From positions 96,001 to 160,000 of the IMG/VR virus record IMGVR_UViG_3300001605_000008: a stretch of 64,000 nt of DNA. The stretch is one strand, 5' to 3'. The position numbers and the translations under genes are program-made. Shown here one piece after another: positions 39,501 through 46,038 of the stretch (positions are counted from its first letter, which is position 1; every line of letters begins with the position of its first letter). The stretch is from a virus. The notes under the pieces were generated by a model. It did not search any database. It had not been told where the DNA came from and saw only the letters and a list, made by a program, of their open reading frames with translations.

Positions 39501-39561
39501 CGACGGTGTTCCTTTGCAAGAGACTGATACTCTGGCAGCTAGGTTTATACGTGGAGATTGA
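30541..39561 (+). CDS. Giant baseplate/virion protein, C-terminal part (with FG-GAP-like propeller and Ig-like repeats)
   Basis: The +1 frame is open from 30541 (VPYGYIFTNRTAVCDFLYSYGLLLTRQG), upstream of the track's 30604 start; no SD or promoter before it. Fused product about 4,690 aa. Confidence 0.75.
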   Translation, partial: VPYGYIFTNRTAVCDFLYSYGLLLTRQGFVFENQENGYILDWLQMCQEFLYWSNQGWAPGAIINLNPGATRVSVSRPGAVADSLADPRPKNLILNQNRQVIAPEQLVLERLGNTFRATSFSSNTINYLNVSFTAYEHLVILDNASIFNDLIYDPITGSRQSRILVSGVISGDWDGTVNAPGFVLNQDNIVEWSPRRGYAKGEIVLFKNEYWSASTIIQPSQDFNYNLWIKSDYDDVQKGLLPNAANASDELSQAYSVYGASLQNETDLFSYGLIGFRPRDYMEALNLDDVSQVQLYQQFLGSKGTIQAAEIFSFADLGKETAQYNIYEYWALLRSSYGATANRNYIELLLDAARLRSDPSLVEVVEPQETSQSDQPILLENIYKTSQPLTSSDIFPTVIAPVKDAGLPTAGYVNLEDVDFTVFDLEDFSSTQSQFNQTVAEIGVGSTLWAAKINGHDWGVYRVETVPGDIILISDNLDARALVEFTVPHGLAVNDALIIRFFNDAVNGTYRVLSVPALNQVLIGYRFVGQQTEYIGTGVGFTLQTARVAQASDIADLPYSNSLTSGDRAWVDDNGQGRWTVLQKQQPFNLKTDLPVAEPVTSSFVGSSVAQGLNNLAAMVGAPGYGTAGGVYTYVKDSTDRYVQNSILELETTDLAGYGNAMDMANQTWAVVGASASGNDQGYAVVIYNPPTSNVFDQYQLLLDWTLDSSGGQPGDEFGYSVAISRDERWIYVGAPGANKVYGYGLVEIELQSIEYRATGATSYSYQNSVVVDTADQLIVIVDNVPQTPSTTYPYSVNLVNSTITFVATAPAEGSTVLITRRIANLISADGSTNTYPVDNIYGVSTLDTFTVYADGILQRPGLDYVLAGTNIVFSTTPAAGAPISIRGGSHYRQSFVIDSSFLPAPLSGTDRFGHSVATTTDGRQILIGAPGVDASTGRVYVFDRGVQRFQVTTPGQTVFVLDQSLASAPTTVLLNGAFLINNIGNINGDYEIFYDSSNSIELNSAPAVGDILEIENNAVSFVQEISAKSPAVAAEFGAALDQCVTNCSLYIGSPRDGQVLIEAGSVDYQINQARVYGSLASTYQYQTQAQPNSTYTTAFTPGFWKVLSINDGVKNYGFVASGFTIGDYLRVNDYYVEVTGITPAALAQDIINANIPNVTAISNNGYITIFVKNQSTAVPGSKLQVLPVSNSSVFADAGFQPLAWVQTFVSPVPQANANFGASVYINETSRNLIIGAPDSNSYITTTFDVYSQTLPDSQAVYGTPYVNNPASPPSISTTTFDAGSTRFVSAIPNSGAVYTYDLLPAVNPTITNPSRFVFGQQILSPGLAPFDRFGAAVNYTTGTLLVGSPGNNANNITNESGRVSEFININRTPAWTETRLQQPVVDIDLLNSVFMYDRFTGGAKQYFDYIDPLQGKLLGAVRQNLDYIGAIDPAAYNTGTVNNYGQVWAQARVGEMWWDTANARFIDPNQDDIVYASRRWSQLFPGSTVDVYQWIVSDVPPSQYAGPGTPRNTESYVTLSSVNEQGIIETNYYFWVQGIRTVARAARKTLGAEVVARYIESPKSSGIAYIAPINASTVAIYNGLPYISAEDTVLHVEYDETPNDDAVHVEYNLIAQDRADGFLIDRAYRKWLDSFAGYDTVGNPVPDPFLPESEKYGVDFRPRQSMFRNRFLALQNYLTQSNAVLRTLPISETRSFPLLNSSEPEPAEISGEWDFRVANLAELSYQDLATVPVGYRYLVESDSSNDGLWTIYEVLPGTLPGQKILGLARVQNYDTRLYWSYIDWYEPGYDPSTLIVVEVPNFSALSTVTVPPGSSAKVTANGQGKWEIYRLTAGEWIRVGLQDGTIEIDAKIWDYALGRYGFDIEVFDAQYFDQEPITETRKIIQSLNEEIFIDDLAIERNRLLILTFNYILSEQIAPLWLTKTSLIDVDHVIRKLEPFQIYRLDNQDFVLNYIQEVKPYHTQIREFNLIYQGSDLYQGSMTDFDVPAYWDAAQNLFVSPVLDDVGTLSTTSSVPSTSAVWQTFPWNQWYQNYLLGIESVTVVSGGTGYTVPPEVIVTGECERPAVMTAVINSAGQVRAIEVIDPGLGYLTTAIINLIGGNGTGAQAVANMGNDLVRNIKTVIRYDRYQYQADFVEWQPDQVYVTGDRVRYADLVWQLDSDANGDPQTVESQDFDLAEWSVVPADQLSGVDRTMGYYVPRANEPGLDLALLITGVDYPGVQVYAPDFSQNTGFDVGNYDINPFDNISFGPEGLPTYDPAILDTIYESEFTDPFLGVLPAPAYAGDPPTGGPNPIVVSGGAFVDTYSSHAPEELVPGAIFDTLDFRVYTTPGADWLGQGHGFAIKSINYQYISSTTSLAFGGLLDYISTVRVWNRNTGIELALTVDYTIDWNAKTVVITSGASVDDVIVISAYGLGGGNQIYRESYNGADVGASVVIPVQASRIKEIVVFANGEPFNNFTWVQDTTYTTEIQFNTPWTSADYLMITAMGSDFAGDVGWSAPVTQYILATGDLAYTLTNSLAGTNPANMIVTVGGRRSRPAEGAAYTGDGSTTTFDLPTRGGYDTALVLGPEVAVYVNNQPLTLGVGYVLDPADLSSNRTVTLVAPPAVGDKVLVSVNHAADYIISGDTIAWKPSAPLIPIAGDVISVTTWNDTAEQGLLTQVYQGPETIGAQITQKYDTTLYDQGDITAQPGSFDYSVGTVIEINRFDIGRPIVDASRITVSLNGQFIFAGDTFDIPSTDLPIFEVGPTYIEIKGPPISATTVVAITTVTDRVVPDAEAFRVFQDMRGQQLTYRIAPESTTDLAQDLSATADTIYVTDAKRLSVPNLEQGIFGQITIDGERITYRYIDKINNTVSGLRRGTVGTGAADHVSGSLVYDIGIGNLLPMKYQNQIITTQIATDEPNPYLGNGVTTVFVADDISVTGADSTEIAEAVRVYVAGTLQTSGYTIQSGDPVTVIFDQPPAMGSLVTIQVLRGLSWYQPGVGTASDGVPLQETDTLAARFIRGD

Positions 39562-39567
39562 TCGTGG

Positions 39568-39573
39568 TAAATA
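39568..39573 (+). promoter_or_regulatory. Late promoter core TAAATA
   Basis: GGTAAATA 5 nt before ATG 39579. Confidence 0.6.
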
Positions 39574-39578
39574 ACACA

Positions 39579-39740
39579 ATGAAAACTGATAATCAAAAAT
39601 CGACCGATTTGCCTGGGGTAGGCACAATGCCTGCGTCCCGTCCCGGTCGTCCTAACGAATCGGGTATCCTGCATATTGATGCACATGTCAAGATATTTGA
39701 TCCCAATACTCTGGAAGTATTAGTGGAGAAACGAGCATGA
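39579..39740 (+). CDS. Small virion-module protein (53 aa)
   Basis: Late promoter upstream, ATGA coupling to the next gene; C-terminus HVKIFDPNTLEVLVEKRA. Confidence 0.65.
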   Translation: MKTDNQKSTDLPGVGTMPASRPGRPNESGILHIDAHVKIFDPNTLEVLVEKRA

Positions 39741-40342
39741 TGAGCCTGGGGCCAGTTACCATCAAGGGATTCCTCAAGATACACGATCCCAATTCTGGGG
39801 AGATTTTTGTGGATAAAACCAACGCTATACACTACGAAAACATGAGTATCGCGTTGGCCCAGAGCATAGCCAACAAAAATCTAGGTTTTATCTATGCCAT
39901 GGCGTTTGGTAACGGTGGATCGGCTGTGGATCCCACGGGTGTGATCACATATCTTCCGCCTAATGTCACTGGAACCAATGCAGATCTCTACAATCAAACT
40001 TATATCAAAGTAGTGGATGGCAACAGTGCAGCCAACACAGATCCCACTCAAAACAATCTCACGGTACTGCACACCACAGGAACAGTGTATACCGATGTAC
40101 TGGTCACTTGCTTGCTGGATTACGGTGAGCCCGCGGGACAGCAGGCCTTTGACAATTCAACCAATTTCAACGGAGAATTTGTGTTCGATGAGCTAGGGCT
40201 CAAAAGCTGGGAAGGATCAGCCAATGATCTCATGCTGATCACTCATGTGATTTTTCACCCAGTACAAAAAAGTTTAAATCGCCAGATACAGATTGATTAT
40301 ACTGTGCGGATACAGACTCTAACTAACTTGAGTGCTGCATAA
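39737..40342 (+). CDS. Virion structural protein (baseplate/tail-fibre attachment-like), 201 aa
   Basis: NAIHYENMS...MAFGNGG...CLLDYGEP...FDELGL...THVIFHPVQKSLNRQIQIDYTVRIQ; ATGA-coupled in the late operon. Confidence 0.6.
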   Translation: MMSLGPVTIKGFLKIHDPNSGEIFVDKTNAIHYENMSIALAQSIANKNLGFIYAMAFGNGGSAVDPTGVITYLPPNVTGTNADLYNQTYIKVVDGNSAANTDPTQNNLTVLHTTGTVYTDVLVTCLLDYGEPAGQQAFDNSTNFNGEFVFDELGLKSWEGSANDLMLITHVIFHPVQKSLNRQIQIDYTVRIQTLTNLSAA

Positions 40343-40370
40343 ATATGGATAGATTAAGATCCACTAAATA
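40340..40370 (+). promoter_or_regulatory. Two late promoter cores (TAAATA at 40340-40345 and 40365-40370)
   Basis: Upstream of the GGAG SD and ATG 40392. Confidence 0.55.
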
Positions 40371-40391
40371 AAGGATACGGAGTAAAAACAA

Positions 40392-41813
40392 ATGGCATAT
40401 ACCATAAATTTAACTGACGGTACTATATTTGCAACCATCGCGGATGGTACCATCAATACTAGCTCAAGCATGATCCTAGTGGGCAAAAACTACGCCGGCT
40501 ACGGCGAATTTCTAGATGAGAACTTTGTCCACTTGTTGGAAAATGGATCTAATACCACTGCCCCAGGAAACCCCTTGGTAGGACAGCTTTGGTGGGATAA
40601 AACCAACAATGTAATGAAGGTATACAACGGTACTACCTTCAAAGTTATTTCTGCTTCGACTGCTAGTGCTAGTCAGCCCACTTCCAACGTGGCCGGTGAT
40701 CTTTGGTTTGACACGGTTAATCAACAGCTCAAAGTCTACAACGGCACTTCGTTTATCCTGGTAGGACCTACCAGCTCAGCTGGACAAGGCAGTACTGGTG
40801 CAGTGCCCCAGACCATCGTCGACAACACTTCAGTATCCCATAATATCATAGCTCTTTATTCTGGTAACACCATAGTGGGAACTGTAAGCCAAGACAGCAC
40901 ATTCACTCCACAAACTGCTATAGCAGGATTCCCGACCATTGGTCCCGGCCTGCAATTATCAACCACGGTTCCAAGTGCATTGTTCCGTGGTACATCAACA
41001 GATTCTAACAGCCTAGGTGGTATCGCTGCCTCTAGTTTTCTGAGGAACAATCTCAACCAGACCACAACTGGTACCCTAGGCGTTCTCAACGACGCTGGAT
41101 TCACAGTGGGCGCAGTTCAAAGCGCTCAGATTTTGGTAAACACAGGAAATTCCCAGGTGGTATTCCGGAATCAAAGTTCCAATGGTAATCTTAGTATTCA
41201 AGTCACCGGCGGTGAAGCCATACGTGTTGTAGGATCTTCGGGCGATGTTGTTATTCCCAAGAATCTGACTGTGGTTGGAAACTTGATTGCCAACGTATCT
41301 GGTAATGTTACTTCTGATTTTATCACAGTCAAAGGCATCACCAATGGTAATCCCGATGGCGTGGGCAATATTGGGGCATCGGGCGGTTCTTTCAACACCA
41401 TATTTGCCAAGGCCACTGCTGCAGAATATGCCGACGTGGCTGAACGGTTTGCCGCTGATGAACTATATCAGCCTGGCACCGTGGTAGAAATCGGTGGCAC
41501 TGCAGAGATAACTCAGAGTGTTGAAGAACTCAGTGAAAAAGTATTTGGTGTGATCAGCACACGTGCTGCTTACCTGATGAATTCTGGTGCTGGAACAGAT
41601 GACACACATCCACCGATCGCGATGACCGGCAGGGTTCCTGTGAGAACGATTGGCCTGGTACGCAAAGGTGATCGATTGGTATCAGCTGGGCAAGGCCTGG
41701 CCCGTGCAGCACAGCCCGGGGAAGCCACGGCATTTAATGTGATAGGTCGTGCGCTAGTAGATAAATTAACTGCAGATGAAGGCATGGTTGAGTCGATCGT
41801 GACCATCAAGTAA
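40392..41813 (+). CDS. Tail-fibre-like protein
   Basis: MAYTINLTDG start, tandem repeat GQLWWDKTNNVMKVYNG / GDLWFDTVNQQLKVYNG, Gly/Thr/Asn-rich shaft, C-terminal ADVAERF...GVIS...PIAMTGRVPV domain. Confidence 0.7.
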   Translation: MAYTINLTDGTIFATIADGTINTSSSMILVGKNYAGYGEFLDENFVHLLENGSNTTAPGNPLVGQLWWDKTNNVMKVYNGTTFKVISASTASASQPTSNVAGDLWFDTVNQQLKVYNGTSFILVGPTSSAGQGSTGAVPQTIVDNTSVSHNIIALYSGNTIVGTVSQDSTFTPQTAIAGFPTIGPGLQLSTTVPSALFRGTSTDSNSLGGIAASSFLRNNLNQTTTGTLGVLNDAGFTVGAVQSAQILVNTGNSQVVFRNQSSNGNLSIQVTGGEAIRVVGSSGDVVIPKNLTVVGNLIANVSGNVTSDFITVKGITNGNPDGVGNIGASGGSFNTIFAKATAAEYADVAERFAADELYQPGTVVEIGGTAEITQSVEELSEKVFGVISTRAAYLMNSGAGTDDTHPPIAMTGRVPVRTIGLVRKGDRLVSAGQGLARAAQPGEATAFNVIGRALVDKLTADEGMVESIVTIK

Positions 41814-41840
41814 CAAAGAACTGAAAACAAGGAATCAAAC

Positions 41841-42807
41841 ATGGCATACGGTCCAGGCGATCTAATTATAGATGATGATTACAACATATTTGCCACAGGT
41901 AATGCTGCCGGCACCGGCGACGACAACGTGGCCAACATCAACACCATCTGGGGAGTAGGCACACTAGACAAAGGGTGGGGGCAAAGTACTACGGTTTCCC
42001 CTGTAAGCACAGGAGCCACTGTCACTGCCACACAATGGGCCACACTGTTTACTCGACTAACATCTATATCCAATCAAACAGGAGCATCAATCACGGCCCT
42101 GACCAATCCCGTGGCTGGTAATGTCATTGATTGGAAATCAAGTTTCCAAGGCGACCTTGACAATCAATTTATCAATCGCAACAACGCAGCTGGGGTAGGA
42201 TCTACCATCACTCTCAACGGCGTGGCCACACGCACCACTTCTTGGATCACCGCACTCACTGCCACGCATACCATCACTTTTGCCAATGCCAACTCTGCTA
42301 GATATTTTTTACAATGCTGGTGGACGTGTTACCTGGGCCGGTGCCAGAACAGGCGGTACTGGCGACTCAAAGAATACATCCTGGACCAATCTTCTCACAG
42401 CCTGCGGAACACTGAACTGGACCACTGGCACCGGTGCCCAGACCATCGCTGGTACTAATTATACCGGTACTACCAAAATAGGCGGCTCTGGCTCTCCCAC
42501 AACGCTGTTGTCCAATGTGGGATTCTATGATTTTACTACCTCCAACCAGGAAGTATTCAAGCAGTTTGCTTCTACATATCTGTATGCCACAAATTTTGTT
42601 TCCATCAATATCCTAACCAACGCCGCAGCGGGCTCAGCCACTACCATTACCATAACAGTGAGATTTGATGACGCACACAGCACCCAAGGTGACGAGCCAG
42701 TGGATGGTACTCTAACTTCTACTGTGACCTTGGTACAGCCCAGCACTTCATTCATCACCAATACCTGGGGCACACCTACCATATCCAGTTCGATCACTGG
42801 TTCGTAA
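41841..42807 (+). CDS. Virion structural protein (about 321 aa), split by a +1 frameshift at 42305-42311
   Basis: ORFs 41841-42458 and 42280-42807 join as ...NSARYF(F/Y)NAGGRVTW... if one base is removed from TATTTTTTAC; Thr/Gly-rich throughout. Confidence 0.7.
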
Positions 42808-42829
42808 TCAGTAATTGATCGATGTATCC

Positions 42830-42857
42830 AAAAAGGGGCCTTGGCCCCTTTATTTTT
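42830..42857. terminator. Intrinsic terminator (probably bidirectional) ending the late structural operon
   Basis: AAAAAGGGGCC-TT-GGCCCCTTTATTTTT: GC stem flanked by A and T tracts. Confidence 0.8.
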
Positions 42858-42886
42858 GATAATTTTTCCTGTATAATACATACACT

Positions 42887-43186
42887 ATGAATGAATTGAT
42901 TGAGAAAATAAAATCTAGATTTGATCACGAGGCTGCTCGAAAAGTGCTCAAAGAAAAATATCAGGCCCGGATGTTGTTTGCTCACAACGGGGGCATGTGG
43001 CAAGCCGGTCCGGCACTGCAGACCATGCTACTGACTTGCCCCGATGCTGTTGCAGTGATACCAGATGTTTATGAAAATCCCGTGAAAGTTGATACCAAGG
43101 AACTCTTTGCCATGAGTCAGCAGCGTTGGCAAGAACAGATGACAGCCTGGTTGATAGAGTGGGATCAATCGCAAAAACAACGATGA
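42887..43186 (+). CDS. Hypothetical protein (99 aa), first gene of the modification island
   Basis: TATAAT at 42872-42877 upstream; ATGA coupling to next gene. Confidence 0.7.
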   Translation: MNELIEKIKSRFDHEAARKVLKEKYQARMLFAHNGGMWQAGPALQTMLLTCPDAVAVIPDVYENPVKVDTKELFAMSQQRWQEQMTAWLIEWDQSQKQR

Positions 43187-44007
43187 CTCGCGGTGCATTG
43201 ATCTACGCTTTCAACAACACCAGCGTCGACTATTGGAAACAAGCGGTATGGTGCGGCGATCGTGTGAATCGTTTTCTTGGCATCCCAGTGACTATCGTTA
43301 CAGATATCTCCAGCGTTGCCGGGAGGTCCACAGAGCATGATATCGTTATATCTCAAGCAGAATCCGGGGGCTCCAGGGTGTACAATCCCGAATCAAACGC
43401 TCAAGGGGCTGTATGGTTCAACGGCAATCGTTATCAAAGCCATGATCTCAGTTCCTATGACGAAACCCTGGTGATCGACAGTGATTATGTGGTTTGCAGC
43501 GATCAGCTTGGAATTTTGTTTGACAGTGGGCTGGACGTAGCAGTGATCAAAGATGTATATGACATAACCAATAGAAATAGTTTTCAAAACTATCTCACAA
43601 TAAATGCCAATAGAGTTGGGTTACATCATCATTGGGCCACAGTGATGTTCTTTAAGAAATCCGCAATGGCTAGAGATTTTTTTAATTTAGTGGCCATGGT
43701 GAGGCAAAATTATCATCATTACAGCAACTTGTATAGATTTCCATCTTCTCCTTATCGCAATGATTTTGCTGTGAGCATAGCGATCACTACTTTATCAGGG
43801 CACGTACCGCACGCAGTTAAGTCCATATCATGGTCCATGGCCAATGCAGGTAGCGATGTGGATATCGCTGAAGTTGATCCGGATCGATTTGAACTGACCT
43901 ATCAGTGTTATCAATCTAAGAAACCCAAACGTATACAAATCACCGGTGTGGATTTTCATTTTATGAATAAAAAAAGTCTGGCAACACTATATGCAACTGC
44001 TGGCTGA
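43183..44007 (+). CDS. GT-A fold glycosyltransferase-like protein (GT8-like)
   Basis: MTRGALIYAFNN start, YDETLVIDSDY (DxD), WATVMFF, RNDFAVSIA, HFMNK. Confidence 0.65.
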   Translation: MTRGALIYAFNNTSVDYWKQAVWCGDRVNRFLGIPVTIVTDISSVAGRSTEHDIVISQAESGGSRVYNPESNAQGAVWFNGNRYQSHDLSSYDETLVIDSDYVVCSDQLGILFDSGLDVAVIKDVYDITNRNSFQNYLTINANRVGLHHHWATVMFFKKSAMARDFFNLVAMVRQNYHHYSNLYRFPSSPYRNDFAVSIAITTLSGHVPHAVKSISWSMANAGSDVDIAEVDPDRFELTYQCYQSKKPKRIQITGVDFHFMNKKSLATLYATAG

Positions 44008-44809
44008 AAAAGGTTATCTCGTACTGGCGCAAAACTCAGGGGACACTGACTATGTGCAGATGGCTCGGGCACTGGCACAGAGCATACGTGCTGTCGAACC
44101 CCAGACTCAGATCTGTCTGCTCACCGACGTTGATGTACCAGTGGGAGAGGAGTTTGATCTAGTCACGCTGTTCCCTTTTGGCGATCATGCTCGAGGATCC
44201 ACTTGGAAATTACAAAATGACTGGCAGTGTTTTTACGCCAGTCCGTTTAGGGAAACCATCAAACTAGAGGCAGACATGTTGATTCCGACAAATATCAGTC
44301 ATTGGTTTGACATCTGTTGCCAAAGGCCAGTGGTACTCACGCACGGTGCAAGGAATTATCTCGGTGAACCCTCTGATCGTCGAGACTATCGGCGGGTGTT
44401 TGATGCCAATGATCTGCCCGATATATACAACGCCGTAACATACTGGAGACGCAGCCAGGAAGCTCGTGAATTTTTTGACACAGTTCGATCAATTTTTGAA
44501 TCCTGGGCCGAAGTCATGTCTGTGCTTAAATACACCCAGGACGAGCCGCTGAATACCGACCTTGCATATGCGATCGCGGCAAAAATCCTAGGGCCAGATC
44601 GTTTTCGACTGCCCGGGAACGTGCCCAGCATCGTGCATATGAAGCCGGCCATCAATGGATTGGTCAGTGAGGACTGGACCAAAGAATTGGTATGGGAACT
44701 CGAACCTGGATCTGTCAGGATCAATACCATACAACAACTGTGGCCGGTACATTATCATGTCAAAACATTCGTAGATGAAATAATCAGATCGCATGGAAGA
44801 ACTACTTAA
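43991..44809 (+). CDS. Glycosyltransferase-like protein, paralog of 43183-44007
   Basis: KGYLVLAQN, SPFRETIKLEADM, YNAVTYW, NTDLAYAIA, HYHVK. Confidence 0.6.
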   Translation: MQLLAEKGYLVLAQNSGDTDYVQMARALAQSIRAVEPQTQICLLTDVDVPVGEEFDLVTLFPFGDHARGSTWKLQNDWQCFYASPFRETIKLEADMLIPTNISHWFDICCQRPVVLTHGARNYLGEPSDRRDYRRVFDANDLPDIYNAVTYWRRSQEAREFFDTVRSIFESWAEVMSVLKYTQDEPLNTDLAYAIAAKILGPDRFRLPGNVPSIVHMKPAINGLVSEDWTKELVWELEPGSVRINTIQQLWPVHYHVKTFVDEIIRSHGRTT

Positions 44810-45125
44810 AGCTCTGATGGAATTCGTTCCCGAGCCCCCGAGAAAGATAGAATTCCGTGTTTATTACGATCGGGATTCTGGAGAAGTGCTGGAATACACC
44901 ACTGACGCCAGAGAAGGAAGTTTTCTGGTGGTCAGCAAAGATATATTCCATGAAAATCGATTTGATGTGCGGATCAAAGATGGAAAGATAATCAGGATCA
45001 AGCCTTCCTTGGGCAAGCTGATACCAGCAGAATCCGGAACTCCGTGTGATCCACGAGATGTTTCGATAGTAATTGACGATGTGCCTGATGCTAAAAAATG
45101 GAAATTACACACATATGAAGATTGA
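44793..45125 (+). CDS. Hypothetical protein (110 aa)
   Basis: Overlap-coupled ORF in the operon; no motif recognised. Confidence 0.65.
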   Translation: MEELLKALMEFVPEPPRKIEFRVYYDRDSGEVLEYTTDAREGSFLVVSKDIFHENRFDVRIKDGKIIRIKPSLGKLIPAESGTPCDPRDVSIVIDDVPDAKKWKLHTYED

Positions 45126-46038
45126 CATAGCTGATCTAGATTGCATATATCTATCATACGATGAACCGCAGAAAGAAGAATTCTGGGTACGTATACGCAA
45201 TATGATACCCTGGGCTCGTAGGGTGGACGGTGTTACGGGCAGCGATGCAGCACACAAAGCCGCAGCAGCTGCCAGTGAAACCGAGAGATTCATCCTGATC
45301 GATGGTGATAATCTTCCCGACGAAAATTTTTTCAATCTTACTCTGGAGTTTCCAGACACCCAATGGGAAAAAGCAGTATTCCGTTGGCGGGCTCGTAATC
45401 ACATCAATGGACTTATGTATGGCAACGGCGGTATTAGTTCTTGGACTCGTACCTTTGTTGATTCTATGCAGACACATGAAAACACCGACGGCAGAGACGA
45501 AACCGTGGTAGAATTTTGTTTTGATCCCTTGTATTGGGCCATGCATGATTGTTATAGCACTACCTACCCCAATGGCAGCGCCAAGCATGCCTGGCGTGCG
45601 GGATTCCGTGAAGGAGTAAAGATGTGTTTAGATGCAGGGCGTAAACCTACTATCTCAGAATTCCGAGATCGAGTCCATCGTCGAAATCTAGATCATCTCA
45701 CTGTTTGGCATAACGTGGGCCGCGATGTGGAACACGGCGACTGGGCCATGGCCGGAGCAAGACAAGGTACACACATGACCATGCTTACTGGTTGGGATTA
45801 TCGCGAAGTACAGAGTTTTGATACACTAGAAAAAATCTGGCAGGAAACACAACGCCAGGATCCCGATTCGATTAGCCAGGACTGTGAGGATGCTCTCAAG
45901 ACACAGTTAGATCTTCCCATGTGCATGATGACGCCTTCTCAGAGTGAGTTCTTTAAACATCATTATCGTAGTAATTGGTCAAATCTTGGTGTGATGACTA
46001 GAGAGATTGATGTCATCCGGAGACAGGAAGGATGGTAG
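45115..46038 (+). CDS. Glycosyltransferase-like protein (GT-A)
   Basis: IYLSYDEP, VDGVTGSDAAHKAAA, FILIDGDN (DxD), NGLMYGNGG, AWRAGFREGVKM. Confidence 0.6.
   Translation: MKIDIADLDCIYLSYDEPQKEEFWVRIRNMIPWARRVDGVTGSDAAHKAAAAASETERFILIDGDNLPDENFFNLTLEFPDTQWEKAVFRWRARNHINGLMYGNGGISSWTRTFVDSMQTHENTDGRDETVVEFCFDPLYWAMHDCYSTTYPNGSAKHAWRAGFREGVKMCLDAGRKPTISEFRDRVHRRNLDHLTVWHNVGRDVEHGDWAMAGARQGTHMTMLTGWDYREVQSFDTLEKIWQETQRQDPDSISQDCEDALKTQLDLPMCMMTPSQSEFFKHHYRSNWSNLGVMTREIDVIRRQEGW

Noticed and set aside
14329-39832. Dozens of 60-230-aa ORFs nested in or antisense to the baseplate genes
   Set aside because: Fully overlapped by long, motif-supported genes; expected by chance in mid-GC coding DNA.
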